A stretch of DNA of 64,000 nt from an uncultured Verrucomicrobiae bacterium (GTDB lineage Bacteria; Verrucomicrobiota; Verrucomicrobiia; Chthoniobacterales; JAFAMB01). The notes below the pieces were generated by a model, which saw only the letters and a program-made list of their open reading frames with translations, did no database searches and was not told the origin of the DNA. Every line of letters starts with the position of its first letter. Within the stretch, counting starts at the first letter, position 1. Shown piece after piece: positions 9,895 to 21,065 of this stretch. The DNA lies in NCBI GenBank assembly GCA_963813025.1, contig CAWEXO010000013.1:288001-352000 (forward strand). The letters are read 5' to 3'. The position numbers and the translations under genes were made by a program.

Positions 9895-10557
9895 TGGTTG
9901 GGCACCTGACCCCTTACGCTACTTTTCTATGCTTACCGAATACGTTCATAAACAGCAAACCATGAAAGGAACTAAATATGATTAAAAACGACACAGATCG
10001 AAGAGCCCCGTCAATTGGACAACCGTTGAGAACACCGAGAGCCTACAGGAGATCGCCGTATGCCTTGCTTGCCCGCGCGGGCTGCGCCTGTCCTTCTTTG
10101 ATCCTCGACCCTGGATCGCTGTTTTGTATTGTATGGTTTGGACCATGCCCTCCATTTCGTTAAGTGCGGTCTTGAATCCTGAGGACTCCGTCTTCCTCTT
10201 CGCTGAGTAACTCAGTCAACGGAAGTAGATTCACGCCTGAGACATTTGCCGACTGGAAGCAGCCGAACCAAGAAGTGTGTTCTCTTACCTAAAAAATGCC
10301 GGTGTGCGCGGTGTTCTGTTGCGGATGTGTGGGAGCAGGTGCAGGCGGTCGCGACCTGATCGCGCAGCCAGAGCGTTCACACCAGGAAGCTTTCGCGGGA
10401 ATCAGGGTCAGCCCGGGATGATTTACCGACCAAAGATAGCCCCGAGGATTTTGCGATCCAATCCAGCCTCTCCCCCTAGAGCACCACATCTTTTTTTCGG
10501 TTCGAGCAACCGCGGACTTGTGTATTCTTCAACGAATTTGGAGAGTAGGGAAAATAT

Positions 10558-11011
10558 ATGAGCGAAGATTTTAAAGTTAGCCGAGAGCGAATGGTCGAAC
10601 TGCTCAATGAAGATCTATCTCGCGAATACCAGGCCATTATCGCCTACACGATCTACAGCCAGACGATAAAAGGCGCCGCTTTTAACAATATCGCAGCTCA
10701 ACTCGAAGATCATGCATCGGAAGAACTTAGCCATGCACTCCTAATTGCCGACAGATCGACTATCTCAACGGGACGCCGACCAGCACACCAAAAGAAGTCA
10801 AAATCTCCAACAAGGCCGAAGATATGCTCCGGTTTGACCTGGAAAATGAAAGCAGACCATCCTGAATTATCGGCAACGGATTCGCCAAGCCGATGCAATG
10901 AGTGAATTCGCGCTCGGAGAGGTTCTTCGAAAGATTATAGAGCAGGAGCAAGATCATTTGCTTGACCTCGCCGATGCGTTGGGCATAGACGCTCCAAAGA
11001 TTGGTGACTGA
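10558..11011 (+). pseudogene. Ferritin-like/bacterioferritin-like protein, frameshifted
   Basis: LNEDLSREYQAIIAY...EELSHA, then shifted frames give QIDYLNG...FDLENE...EQEQDHLLDLADALG; stop at 11009-11011. Confidence 0.85.
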
Positions 11012-11118
11012 TGTCTGCGCTTTCGCGCAGGGTGTTATCGGGCAAGGACTATCCTCAGCAGGCCGATGTCCCGAAAGTAGCCAATGCTTCGTCTATTTTT
11101 ACCTCTTACTGGATCGCC

Positions 11119-11805
11119 TTACTGAGGCCGGACATCTACCTCCGGGACTGTCGCCGAGACAGTTGTCTTGACGAGCTGTGATCGAGAGCGTTTAGCCGGC
11201 GGTTTCTTCCGAGTGCGCTGCAAGTATTCACTCGGATAGGTGATCGTGGTGTGTTGGACTTTGGCAAAAGACGTGAGCGTATGAACCTGGCGGCGAGTTG
11301 GACTCATGATGTCTTCGGTGCGAATTCCGCGGACGAACAAAGCATCAGCAATGAGCGAGCGATGACAGCGCCAGGGCACCGCTTCAGCACACATCAAGGC
11401 GATGCGGTCCTGGTTCGCCAATTGGATCAATTCTTCAAGACTCTTCTCAAATTCTGGTGTTTGCATGTAATCTGCAAAGCCGCGGAACGAACCGTTGCAC
11501 CATCCCAGGTTGAGCGAATCACGCGATGGATGGCGCAGACCGCCAAGTCCTGGCATGTGAACGTATCCAAGCCCGACTTTCTTCAATGATCCTGGCAATG
11601 AAGTTTTGTTGAACTGTGGGTTATGCCACGAGCGTGGCATGGTGCGCACGTCCACCACGCGCGCTACCCCGTGTGCCTGAAGCAGGCCGATGAATTCCTC
11701 GAGTGTGCGTGTGGAGTGGCCGATGGTCAGCACGATCGGCGAAGGTCCCGGTCGTGACATTCGCTTACGTACAAGTCCAGCAATTTTCGGGTTGACTCTC
11801 CGCAT
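11119..11805 (-). CDS. DUF488 domain protein
   Basis: TIGHSTR, VDVR..P.S, GLGG.R, FRGFADYM, MCAEAVPWRCHRSLIADAL. Confidence 0.9.
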   Translation of the reverse strand: MRRVNPKIAGLVRKRMSRPGPSPIVLTIGHSTRTLEEFIGLLQAHGVARVVDVRTMPRSWHNPQFNKTSLPGSLKKVGLGYVHMPGLGGLRHPSRDSLNLGWCNGSFRGFADYMQTPEFEKSLEELIQLANQDRIALMCAEAVPWRCHRSLIADALFVRGIRTEDIMSPTRRQVHTLTSFAKVQHTTITYPSEYLQRTRKKPPAKRSRSQLVKTTVSATVPEVDVRPQ

Positions 11806-11807
11806 GC

Positions 11808-12336
11808 TCATTTTCCGCGTTCAGCTTGAGAATGGGCCTTAACAAACCAGAGCCAGTAATCCATTGCATGCGAAATCTCAGTGAACAGGTCGGCCGTGTC
11901 AGCGTCATCTAACTTTGCCGCCTCATTGATCGAAGTGCGAGCTTCGTGCCCGAAGGTGGACAACGCCTTTTCGACAGCTTCGAGATGTGCCATGCCCGTC
12001 CGCGAGCACGAGCGGATACTCTGCATGTCGCGAGCGTGCTGAGGCAACGCGCACAGTGACTTCGACGATGCCGCCCAGTTGCACAATGCGCTCGGCAATC
12101 ATATCCACATATAACTCCACGGCTGCGTCGACCTTGTCGAAGAGTTCGTTCAGCCCGATAAAGCTCGGGCCTTTCATGTTCCAATGCGCTTGTTTCATCT
12201 GCATTTGAAGGTCAACGACGTCAGCCAAACGTTGATTCAGCAGCTCGTTCAGTTCCGCCCGCAGCTTTTGGGTGTGATCGTTTTCAATTTCGTACATTTT
12301 GGGTGCTACGATGAGTTTGTTAGCGAAGGTTGTCAT
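11808..12336 (-). pseudogene. dps: Dps (DNA protection during starvation), frameshifted
   Basis: KQAHWNMKGPSFIGLNELFD...DMIAERIVQLGG, then a shifted frame gives DADTADLFTEIS...WLWFVKAH; ATG at 12336. Confidence 0.88.
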
Positions 12337-12534
12337 TGGTTGCTTGAGAGTTGTTTTTGTTTGAAGACCTCGAGATGACAGAAGACGTTTTTTCTTCCCA
12401 AATGTTCGCTCGCACAATTTAGTCGCCGGATCTCGCTTAGCGTGATCTGCCGTGCGTGTGTGACTTTCTTTTTTCGAGCCAGAGTCTCCTGTTTCTCGGC
12501 GCACAATAATATGCGCGCAAAATCCGCCTGACGC

Positions 12535-12554
12535 GATGGGGTGTTCACCCCATC
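12535..12554. promoter_or_regulatory. Palindromic operator candidate, copy 1 (gatggggtgttcaccccatc)
   Basis: Perfect 9-bp arms around a 2-nt centre, in the divergent dps/DoxX-like intergenic region; similar copies at 12586 and 15313. Confidence 0.6.
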
Positions 12555-12585
12555 TTCATCGGTCGGAACACGTGCGGATTTCCGG

Positions 12586-12605
12586 GATGAGGTGAACACC
12601 CCATG
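12586..12605. promoter_or_regulatory. Palindromic operator candidate, copy 2 (gatgaggtgaacaccccatg)
   Basis: Starts 51 bp after copy 1 and shares the ATGGGGT-N3-CACCCCAT consensus. Confidence 0.55.
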
Positions 12606-12755
12606 GCATCGCCAAGAATCAGAGTGGACATTACTCGTATGGGTGATCCGGATTGTCATCCAAGCTTCGATTGTGTCCCTGCAGGTAACTTTGTCCAAGG
12701 TTGCTGCAAATCCTGCGGCGCTACGGTCTACAAAAGTTAACCAGAAGATATTCCA

Positions 12756-13176
12756 ATGAACAAAACAACTGCATCAGGAAGACGAACAACCGATACAACA
12801 GCGGCACAAAAGGTGACGTAACCTATCAGGCTTATCGCATCCTTCAGGTCGCCTTCGTTGCAGCGCCGATCCTCGCGGGACTCGACAAGTTCTTCAACAT
12901 TCTGGTTGACTGGAAGCAATACTTGGCGCCATTTGTCGGAAACTTGGTCGCCCCAGCTCTCTTCATGTCTGTTGTGGGGGTGGTCGAGATCGTCGCAGGC
13001 ATCGGGGTGGCTATCAAGCCACGGATTTTCGCTTACGTTCTCGCAGTCTGGCTGGTGGGCATCATTCTCAACTTACTCATGATTCCGGGCTATTTCGACG
13101 TCGCGTTGCGCGATCTGGCCTCGCCCTCGGCGCGCTGGCACTTGGCCGGCTCAGTCGAAAGTTCGATCATCGCTGA
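12756..13176 (+). pseudogene. DoxX-like membrane protein, frameshifted
   Basis: YQAYRILQVAFVAAPILAGLDKFF...VVGVVEIVAG...YFDVALRD, then a shifted frame gives LALGALALGRLS; start approximate. Confidence 0.7.
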
Positions 13177-13338
13177 AGAAGGAACTGATAGTCACTCGCA
13201 AGCCGTCAGCGGCAACCGCCTGGTTCTCACTCACTAGGAGGAAACAACAATGGCGAAACGAATTCCGCCTGGTTTACACGGCAATGCAGAAGGAGAATTA
13301 CAGCTCGCTCCGGCGCTCCGACTAAGATAGCTGGACGT

Positions 13339-13689
13339 CTACGACCTTCTTTCCAGAAACTGCTTTAGAACAACCGCCTCATTGTGCGCTTGATCGCGGG
13401 CCCCGTAGACCAGAGTGACGGTTCCTGCTTTGGTCTTGCTTTTTATCAACTTGAGCTGGTCGCCGCGATGTTTGAGCTCTGTTTGATAACGTCCGCGGAA
13501 GCTTCGCCACTTCTTCGGATCGTGCCCGAACCACTTCCGAAGTTCGGTGCTCGGAGCAATGTCTTTCAGCCACAGGTCAACCTTTGCCTTTTCTTTTGTC
13601 AAACCTCGCGGCCAGAGCCTGTCCACCAGAATGCGCCTGCCATCATTCTTGTCCGGCTGCTCGTAGACCCTCTTAATTTTTAGTATCAA
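13339..13689 (-). CDS. DUF488/YeaO-family protein
   Basis: IKRVYE...DGRRILVDRLWPRG..K...WLKDIAPSTELRKWFGHDP...HNEAVVL. Confidence 0.9.
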   Translation of the reverse strand: MILKIKRVYEQPDKNDGRRILVDRLWPRGLTKEKAKVDLWLKDIAPSTELRKWFGHDPKKWRSFRGRYQTELKHRGDQLKLIKSKTKAGTVTLVYGARDQAHNEAVVLKQFLERRS

Positions 13690-13719
13690 TTACGATCTCC
13701 TTCGTTACGCCGCACCATC

Positions 13720-14699
13720 GCATCGCATGGACGAATGACGATCAGCTCCGGCATCGCCCGTAGCGAGGCAAGGTGTTCGATCGGCTGATGCGTTGGACCG
13801 TCCTGCCCGAGAGCAATGCTGTCGTGCGTGAAGACATAGATCACCCCCAGCTCCATCAGCGCCGCGAGCCGAATCGGTGGCCGCATGTAGTCCGAGAAAA
13901 TGAGAAACGTCGCGGTAAACGGAATGATGCCGCCATGCGCCGCCAACCCATTAGCGATGGATCCCATGCCATGCTCGCGAACACCGAAGTGCAGGTTGCG
14001 TCCAGCATAACTCCAGCCGCCGCCCGTCGATCCTTGCAAGTTGCCGACCTCGTCGCGCGGATTCTCGAAATCGCCCATCGCCGGTAACGCGGTGTGGGTG
14101 GAAGGATCTAAGTCAGCCGAGCCGCCGATCAATAAAGGAAGTTTTTTATCGATCGTGTTTAGCACCTTTCCTGATGCGACGCGGGTCGCCATGCCCTTCG
14201 GATCGGCCGGAAAGCTCGGAATGCCGGCGTCCCAGTCCTTAGGTAACTCGCCATCCATTCCTTGTTGGAATTCTTTGGCGAGGTCGGGGAATGCTTTGGC
14301 GTACCCGGAAAATTTCGCGTTCCATTCCGCTTCAGCCTGTTTGCCATTCTTGAGCGCACCGCGGAAATGCGCGAGAGCCTCGTCTGGAATATAGAAAGTT
14401 GGGTCGAGTGGCCAGCCCAACGCTTGTTTCGTCAGCGTCACCTCCTTGTCACCCAGCGGCGAGCCGTGCGCCTCAAAAGTGTCTTGCTTGTTCGGTGAGC
14501 CGTACCCGATATGTGTGCGCACGAGAATCAGAGAGGGACGTCCCTTCTCGCCTTGCGCCACACGCAGCGCGCCTTCAATGGCGGCAAGATCATTTCCATT
14601 CTCAACCGTCTGGGTGTGCCAGCCGTACGCTTCGAAACGCATGGCACGATCTTCGGTGAACGTGATGTTAGTCCCAGCGGAAAGCGTAATGTGGTTATC
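13720..14699 (-). pseudogene. tkt: Transketolase internal fragment, truncated at both ends
   Basis: DNHITL...AHGSPLG...GGSADL...HFGVREHGM...THDSIALGQDGPTHQPIE; the N-terminal and C-terminal domains are missing. Confidence 0.9.
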
Positions 14700-15185
14700 A
14701 TTCATTTTCTCCTGCTGGTTGGTTATCTCGTCTTTCTCGTAATCCATGTCGGACTTGTGATCTTGACGGGGTTCTTGCGTAATATGAACCATATCGTTCT
14801 TGGTACGGACAACGAGACGGCCCTTGGAATGATTCTCGGATTGGTCGGCATCGGCGCCGTTGTTGCTTCGTGGGTGCTCGCACACTTGGTCGCCTATCAT
14901 GTTTTATTCCTTTGTGAAGGGCTTTACGGCGGAACGTATTACGATACCCAAAGCCTTGCGACGATGCTCTACTCGGAATGCATCCTCGCCTATGAAATGA
15001 ATTCGCAACCGCTCCGTGATGTTTACGGAGCGCCTTTGCGCCTCCGAGTAGAAAATCAGCTGGGCTACAAGATGGTAAAGTGGATTAGAGAAATCCGCTT
15101 CATCCGCAGCGAAAAGGAGGTGGGCGAAGGAGAAGGCGGCAAGAACGAAAATGACGAGTATTTTGACCTGCTACCAAACATTTAA
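14700..15185 (+). pseudogene. Cytochrome b / molybdopterin oxidoreductase (MsrP/YedY-like) fusion remnant with an internal deletion
   Basis: TM segment HFLLLVGYLVFLVIHV joined directly to LAYEMN..PL...YGAPLRLRVENQLGYKMVKWI. Confidence 0.75.
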
Positions 15186-15312
15186 CTCGCGCTATTTCGA
15201 AGATGGAATGTGAATTTTTGCGCAATGGAAGACTCAATCCCGCCGAGCGGCTATGGTAAGACGCCATCGACGCATGAAATTTTCATCTTAGGAGAATCCA
15301 AGTCAAAGCCCT

Positions 15313-15332
15313 GATGGGGTAAACACCCCATA
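15313..15332. promoter_or_regulatory. Palindromic operator candidate, copy 3 (gatggggtaaacaccccata)
   Basis: About 85 bp upstream of the FAD oxidoreductase start; same consensus as the 12535 and 12586 copies. Confidence 0.55.
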
Positions 15333-15416
15333 GCGGCGTCAACGTTTTCCGGCCTACAATGTTGTCAAGCAGATACAGGCAGCTTGCATCAGCACGATTC
15401 GCGGAGGAGGAAACAA

Positions 15417-15815
15417 ATGAGCAGTGAGCCAACAACCTATTTGGTAAAACTGACGAATCGTTTTCCGGTTGCCGAGCGCACGATCGCTTTCCAGTTCGAA
15501 AAACCCGCGAAGTTTATCTTCAAACCCGGGCAATGGATCGACATTACGCTGCTCAATCCTGCCGAAACGGACGCCGAAGGCAATGTGCGCGGATTCTCAA
15601 TTGCCAGTGCGCCGTACGAAGACGCGCTCATGGTGGCGACGCGAATGCGCGATACGGCCTTCAAACGTGTATTGGCAAAAGTACCCTTGAATACCGAAGT
15701 CAAAATCGCCGGGTCTGGTGGCAATCTGACTTTGCACAACAATCCTGCCGGACGGCAGTGTTCCTCGCCGGTGGAATCGGCTTCACTCCGATCCGGAGCA
15801 TCCTGATACGGCGTG
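15417..15815 (+). pseudogene. Ferredoxin-NADP reductase-like FAD oxidoreductase, frameshifted and truncated
   Basis: FKPGQW...RGFSIASAP, then a shifted frame gives AVFLAGGIGFTPIRSI; the C-terminal half is absent. Confidence 0.8.
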
Positions 15816-15939
15816 CTGAAATTCGGGTAATAGCCGGGCTGCGCGCGGGGCTTGAGCAGCTCGCCAGTTCGCGGATTAACGGGGAGCCGCTGGTTGTCAG
15901 CGTGTCAGCGTTTGATCTCTTTCCGTTGGGCTGCATCCG

Positions 15940-16600
15940 CTAACGCTCCCTTCGCATCAGACTCGCGAGCAAACCGATCGTGCCGCACGCGGCGAAAAGC
16001 AGTGGCGCGAAAATCGGTGGGCCGTATACAATATTGTACAGCGGTTTCTTCATTCCTCCGGGCCGCCGGAGCACGCCGCGCGCGTGATAAAGAAAACCGA
16101 CCCCACCATCGATGATCGCCAACGCCGACATAGATGGCAGCCAGGTGCGCGCCGCCTTCGGGCTGCGCATCGCGCCCGCGGCCGCACCGATCAGCAGCGG
16201 CGCGAAAATTGGCGGTCCCATGATGATGTTTACGATCGGGAGACGCCAGCCGCCGGTTTGCGCTGAATGCCGCGAAGGTGAAAACAAAATCCGATCAGAC
16301 CGTCGAGTAGCGTGACTGCAGAGGTCCAGCGAAGGACCGACTGCGCCGCGCGCCGGCTGAATGCTCCCCAAATTCCAGCAATCGTCATCGCGCCGCCAAG
16401 CACGACCGGCGTGTACATGATCCGCTGACCGTAGCTGCCGCGATAATGTTCGTAAGCGACCTCCGCGCCAGCCAGGACGCTTGACGCGCCCGCCAGCGCC
16501 GACAGACTTCGCTGGAAACGTCCTCACCGAATGTGGGTCTCCGCAGTCTCGATCTCCTCTGCGAGCCGCGATGGTAGCAACCTATCGAGGAACCGGTCAG
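15940..16600 (-). pseudogene. Uncharacterised repeat membrane protein, disrupted
   Basis: Two copies of a GxxFH.RG..R.PGG....N...GPPIFAPLL unit, with an in-frame stop and a frameshift. Confidence 0.6.
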
Positions 16601-16672
16601 GCCAACTGCCGTTTTGGTCTGCCGCAGTCGAGCGGCGCCGAGTGTTCTTAGAGGTAATTTTCACCGCACAAT

Positions 16673-17764
16673 TCACACTGCATATTTTTCTGCATCGACT
16701 CTCTTGAATTCCAACCCGTGACCCGGGCGCGACAGATCGGGATGCAGCGCGCCATTAACCGGCTGAACCACGCCATCGAAAAGCATGTTCTCGAGGCGCA
16801 CGTGATCGTGAAAATATTCTGCGTGTCGCATAGTTTTCGCCGCGCAGCCGGCATGTACGTGCATCGACGGCCCGCAATGCGATGAGAGCTGCAAATGCGC
16901 CGCCTGACAGAGCGCATCGGTCGCGAGAAACCCGGTGATCCCAGCGCAGCGTGTCGCATCCGCTTGCAAAACATCGACCGCTCCGGCGTCGAGCATCCTG
17001 CGGAAGTAAGTGAGATCGTACCCGTATTCGCCAGCGGCAATGTCCATGCCCGGTGGTCCGTCGTCGCGAATCAGTCGTAACCCCTCGAGATCGTCGGACG
17101 AAACCGGTTCCTCGAACCAGCTCACATTTAGTTCGGAGAATGCGTAAGCGAACTCCAGCGCTTGTTTTCGCGAGTACGCCCCATTTGCGTCGACGAACAG
17201 TTCAGCGTAATCGCCAATTGCGGCGCGCGCGACGGCAACGCGTTCCAGATCGCGATCGGGCTCACGCCCAATCTTCATTTTCACGCGCGGAATTCCCTGC
17301 TCGACCCAGCCGCCTAGTTGGTGCCGGAGTTGCTCGTCCGAGTACGACGTGAAACCACCGCTGCCGTAAATCGGGAGGGCATCTCGGGCCGGCCCGAGGA
17401 GCTTCACGAGTGGTTGCTCGAGCAGACGCGCTTTCAAGTCCCAAAGTGCATTGTCGACTCCCGAGATTGCCATCGAAGCGATACCTGGCCGACCGAGGTT
17501 GCGAATCGATTGGACCATTGCAATCCACGCCCGAGGGACGTCCATTGCATCGAGCCCTCTCACTACTTTGCCTAACGATTCATCGATCAGGCGGAAAGTC
17601 GCGGTATCCGCGTACGTAAAGCCGATGCCCGTCGTGTTCGCTGCCGTTGCTTCGACCAGGACAAGCGTCGTCGCGTCCCACTCGAATGTGCCGTCCGATT
17701 CAGGTGCGTCCGTCGGAATTCGATAAGCGGAGACGCGGATTTCGCCGATTGCCGTTCCGTGCAC
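16673..17764 (-). CDS. Mandelate racemase/muconate lactonizing enzyme family (enolase superfamily)
   Basis: DNALWDLKA, KMKIG, FVDANG, WFEEP, AGEY and PGHGLE motifs. Confidence 0.92.
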   Translation of the reverse strand: MHGTAIGEIRVSAYRIPTDAPESDGTFEWDATTLVLVEATAANTTGIGFTYADTATFRLIDESLGKVVRGLDAMDVPRAWIAMVQSIRNLGRPGIASMAISGVDNALWDLKARLLEQPLVKLLGPARDALPIYGSGGFTSYSDEQLRHQLGGWVEQGIPRVKMKIGREPDRDLERVAVARAAIGDYAELFVDANGAYSRKQALEFAYAFSELNVSWFEEPVSSDDLEGLRLIRDDGPPGMDIAAGEYGYDLTYFRRMLDAGAVDVLQADATRCAGITGFLATDALCQAAHLQLSSHCGPSMHVHAGCAAKTMRHAEYFHDHVRLENMLFDGVVQPVNGALHPDLSRPGHGLEFKRVDAEKYAV

Positions 17765-17935
17765 GTCTCAACTCCGGTGCGGCAGATGCGATGCAATCGC
17801 ACACTTGGACGCTTGCTGGATGATCCCGATCTTTTCCTCCGGATCCCCTTTCATCAGCAGCGCACCGACAAACAAGTCCCACTGGCTGTTGCACTGTGCA
17901 TTCCGAATTTGACCGGCGCGCTCCGGGCCCTCATG

Positions 17936-19693
17936 TTAGATGACTTCTCGAACCTTGTCTTCGAGGACGGTCTTAATGATTTTCCACCGGTCTTTTTCGC
18001 CTTTTGCCAGCGCTTCGGCGAAATGAAGAGCCTGTTCGGCGGAGATGTTTCCTGGTAGCGGCGGCTCATTCGGATCCACGACTGCCTGAATCACAGCGGG
18101 GCCTGGGTCGGCGAGCGCCTGCCGCAGGGTACTCTCTGCGTTCTTTGGATCTTCAATGGTGAAGCCGGCCGCTCCGCAACATCTCGCATATCCTGCAAAA
18201 TCGATCGGCTGCAAGTCCACTCCAAATTGAGGGTTACCTTCCTGCGCCATTTGCTCCCACTTGATTTCCCCCAAAACGTTGTTCTTGATAACAACTACTT
18301 TGACCGGCAGCTTATATTTCACAAGGGTTGCGATCTCGCCCATTAGCATCGTCAACCCGCCGTCACCCACGATACAAACGACTTGACGCCCAGGGTATGC
18401 CACCGACGCTCCGACGCCGTAGGGGAGGCCATTGGCCATCGTTGCCAGCGAACCCGAAAGCGAGAACTGCATTTGATCGCGGATCTCGATATAGCGGGCC
18501 GTCCACGTTGCAATCGTGCCACTATCCGAACAAACAATTGCATTCGCATCGAGCAGCTTATTCAAGTGATACGTGACCACCTGGGGCTTCATCGGCATAT
18601 CGCTCCGCGTGCCCCGCTTTTCCATAAGCTCGTTCCAGGCGGTCATGCGCTTCTGCGCTTTTTCCAGAAAGCTCCTCTGGTTCTTGCGTTGAATGAGCGG
18701 CAGAAGAGCTCGGAGCACGGTCCGGCAATCGCCCACAAAACCCACGTCCACTGCATGCCGTAAGCCAATCCGCGTAGGATCGAGATCGATCTGAATCGTC
18801 TTCGCCTGTCCCGGTTTCGGTAGGAACTCCATATAAGGAAAGCTGCTGCCGAGGATGAGGAAAGTGTCGCACTCCTTCAGCGCATCCTGCGAGGGCGCGG
18901 TGCCGAGCAGCCCAATACCGCCAGTGGTATAGGGATTACGATCCGGAATCGCGGCTTTCCCTAGCAGGGCCTTTATTATCGGTGCAGCCGCCGCCTCCGC
19001 AAGCGCCAGGACCTCTTCCCGTGCATCTAGGCAACCGCGGCCAATCAGCATGGCCACCTTCGATCCCTTGTTGATCAGGTCCGCTGCTTGCTGCAGGAGC
19101 TTTTCGGGCGGATTCGGATGCGCCGTGGCAAAAAGATCGCTGCTGTGTTCTGGGATGTTCGCCGAAGACCTTTCACTTTCAGACTTCGTCCACTCTTGAA
19201 TGTCCTTGGGTATCGTGATATGACAAACTGTTCTGCGGGCCAAAGCAGTCTTGATTGCCTCGTCGACTACATTGACCAGGTGGGCTGGGCCCATCACCCG
19301 CTGATTGTAGGCGGCCACATCCATAAACAGCTTGTCGAGATCGACATCTTGCTGATAATGAGTGCCAATCAAATCGTGAAAGGTATGGCCCGTGATGGCC
19401 AAGACCGGCTGTAAGTCACATTTCGCGTCATAAAGACCGTTCAACAGGTGAATGCCCCCAGGGCCAGAAGTTGCAAGGCAAACTCCCAAACGGCCAGTGA
19501 ACTTGGCGTAGCCACAGGCGGCGAAGGCGGCCGACTCTTCGTGCCGCACCTGGATGAACCGCAATTTGTCTTGATGCGTGCGTAACGCTTCAAAGATGCC
19601 ATTGATGCCATCGCCGGGGAAACCAAAAATGGTATCTACTCCCCACTCGATGAGCCGCTCTACTAAGTGATCTGCTACTGTCGGTTTGGACAT
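17936..19693 (-). CDS. TPP-dependent pyruvate oxidase/dehydrogenase (PoxB-like)
   Basis: FGFPGDGING, VRHEESAAF, SGPGGIHLLNGLYDAK, SGSLATMA and the GDGG...NN TPP motif. Confidence 0.93.
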   Translation of the reverse strand: MSKPTVADHLVERLIEWGVDTIFGFPGDGINGIFEALRTHQDKLRFIQVRHEESAAFAACGYAKFTGRLGVCLATSGPGGIHLLNGLYDAKCDLQPVLAITGHTFHDLIGTHYQQDVDLDKLFMDVAAYNQRVMGPAHLVNVVDEAIKTALARRTVCHITIPKDIQEWTKSESERSSANIPEHSSDLFATAHPNPPEKLLQQAADLINKGSKVAMLIGRGCLDAREEVLALAEAAAAPIIKALLGKAAIPDRNPYTTGGIGLLGTAPSQDALKECDTFLILGSSFPYMEFLPKPGQAKTIQIDLDPTRIGLRHAVDVGFVGDCRTVLRALLPLIQRKNQRSFLEKAQKRMTAWNELMEKRGTRSDMPMKPQVVTYHLNKLLDANAIVCSDSGTIATWTARYIEIRDQMQFSLSGSLATMANGLPYGVGASVAYPGRQVVCIVGDGGLTMLMGEIATLVKYKLPVKVVVIKNNVLGEIKWEQMAQEGNPQFGVDLQPIDFAGYARCCGAAGFTIEDPKNAESTLRQALADPGPAVIQAVVDPNEPPLPGNISAEQALHFAEALAKGEKDRWKIIKTVLEDKVREVI

Positions 19694-20104
19694 CGGTTTT
19701 CTCCTTGGAGCGATTTGCTTGTCTGTTAGTTCTGAAATGCTTCCTATCGTTGGACAGGTTTAATGGATTTCTTAGATATATAATTCCTTCAACAAAGCCG
19801 GAAAAAATGGCGGTCTTTCCGAGCTACCTTTTGTCGAATTTTGTAGTGCCCTTTTATATACCGCCGCAAGCGGCTGATTTTCAAGCCTCCACTGTGGACG
19901 CTGATCGTTGTAGAAGGAGAAGTAGCCACAAAAAACCAGACAAATAGACCTTCTCGTATTTAAGGCTGCGCGAGTCATTCGACGAATGATATTTCAAAGT
20001 CCGTCTCACAGGAAAGATTCTCCTTGAAAGACGCGGTTTCTCTTAATTTTCGAATCTCGTAGCAAAAAGAATCAGGACTTTTAGTTCTGGCGAATTCCAC
20101 GGCC

Positions 20105-21065
20105 TCACAGCGAAATGTCAAAATTCCTTCCCTCCCAACGTTTTGAATCAGTCCAACGGAAGGTGAATACCAACGAGCCGCCGGGCGGCAATTGTTCGGC
20201 CGGAAGATCGACAACGTATACACCAAGCTTCGTATCCCGCGTTTCTGTGTCATGGGTGGTCTGCCAGTTGTCGGTGCTCCAATGAAGCGTCGCTGACGCG
20301 AATACTTCGATGCGCAGATTCTTGCCTTTGGTCAGCGATCGGATCTTGTCGCTAAAGCGCCAGCTCTCGAAGCCAGCGCGCTTTTTTTCGACCAGATACC
20401 GCGTTGCCGTGGCCGCCGGCATATCAAAACTTTTCGGTCACGCAGCGATCGTGAGAGTTTGATGTATTCCGCATGCGCCCAAACCAATGGCATGCCGGAA
20501 CCGGAGAGCAATTCAAAAACGGCGCCGAGCAAGCGAGCGCGAGCGCGTTTCTATTGCATTCGGCAAACAAAAATCGCTGGCCCCACGCATCGCTGATCCA
20601 CGCCGTATTATTCGCTCCTCCGTCATTGAGATGCGGCGCGAGTAAGACATACAAGAAAAACTCACCCTCCCTTTGCGCGACGAAGCGGGTGCGGACCAGC
20701 AGCACATCGAGTCGCGGATCGGTAATGATCTCTTTTTCGATGCGGTAACATCCCTCTGTGCACTCATTCGTTATGCGAAATGCGGGTACGCCGTCGGCCA
20801 CGTATTCGACTTTGTGCTTGGTGTGGCGTTTTTCCTCGGAAAAGAAATCTTTCCCGTCGGTGACGATGAAACCCATGTCGCGCGTGCAGGCGCGATCGAC
20901 CTCGGGCTAATAAATTTCGTCGACTATTCCGTGGCCGACCGTGAACCAGACTTGACTCGCCGGTTGAGCTGCGGTACCCACTCCGGACTTTGCACTCGAG
21001 GTCCAGCGGGGCTCGATCCCGGGCGCCCCGGGTGCGTCTTCCTCAGATTGTTTCTTGGCAGGCAT
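20105..21065 (-). pseudogene. Glucoamylase/glucodextranase (GH15) with a nonsense codon and deletion of most of the catalytic domain
   Basis: ATG 21065 MPAKK...APGAPGIEPRWTSSAKSGVGT; TAG near 20908; the N-domain is joined near 20510 directly to GSGMPLVWAHAEY and a C-terminal LHWSTDNWQT...WEGRNF segment. Confidence 0.88.

Noticed and set aside
9978..10561. Short ORFs upstream of the ferritin-like gene
   Set aside because: No motifs or consistent coding signal; left unannotated.
13686..14900. 404-aa ORF read as a complete transketolase
   Set aside because: The first ~65 aa are antisense of the neighbouring MsrP-like remnant, and both transketolase ends are missing.
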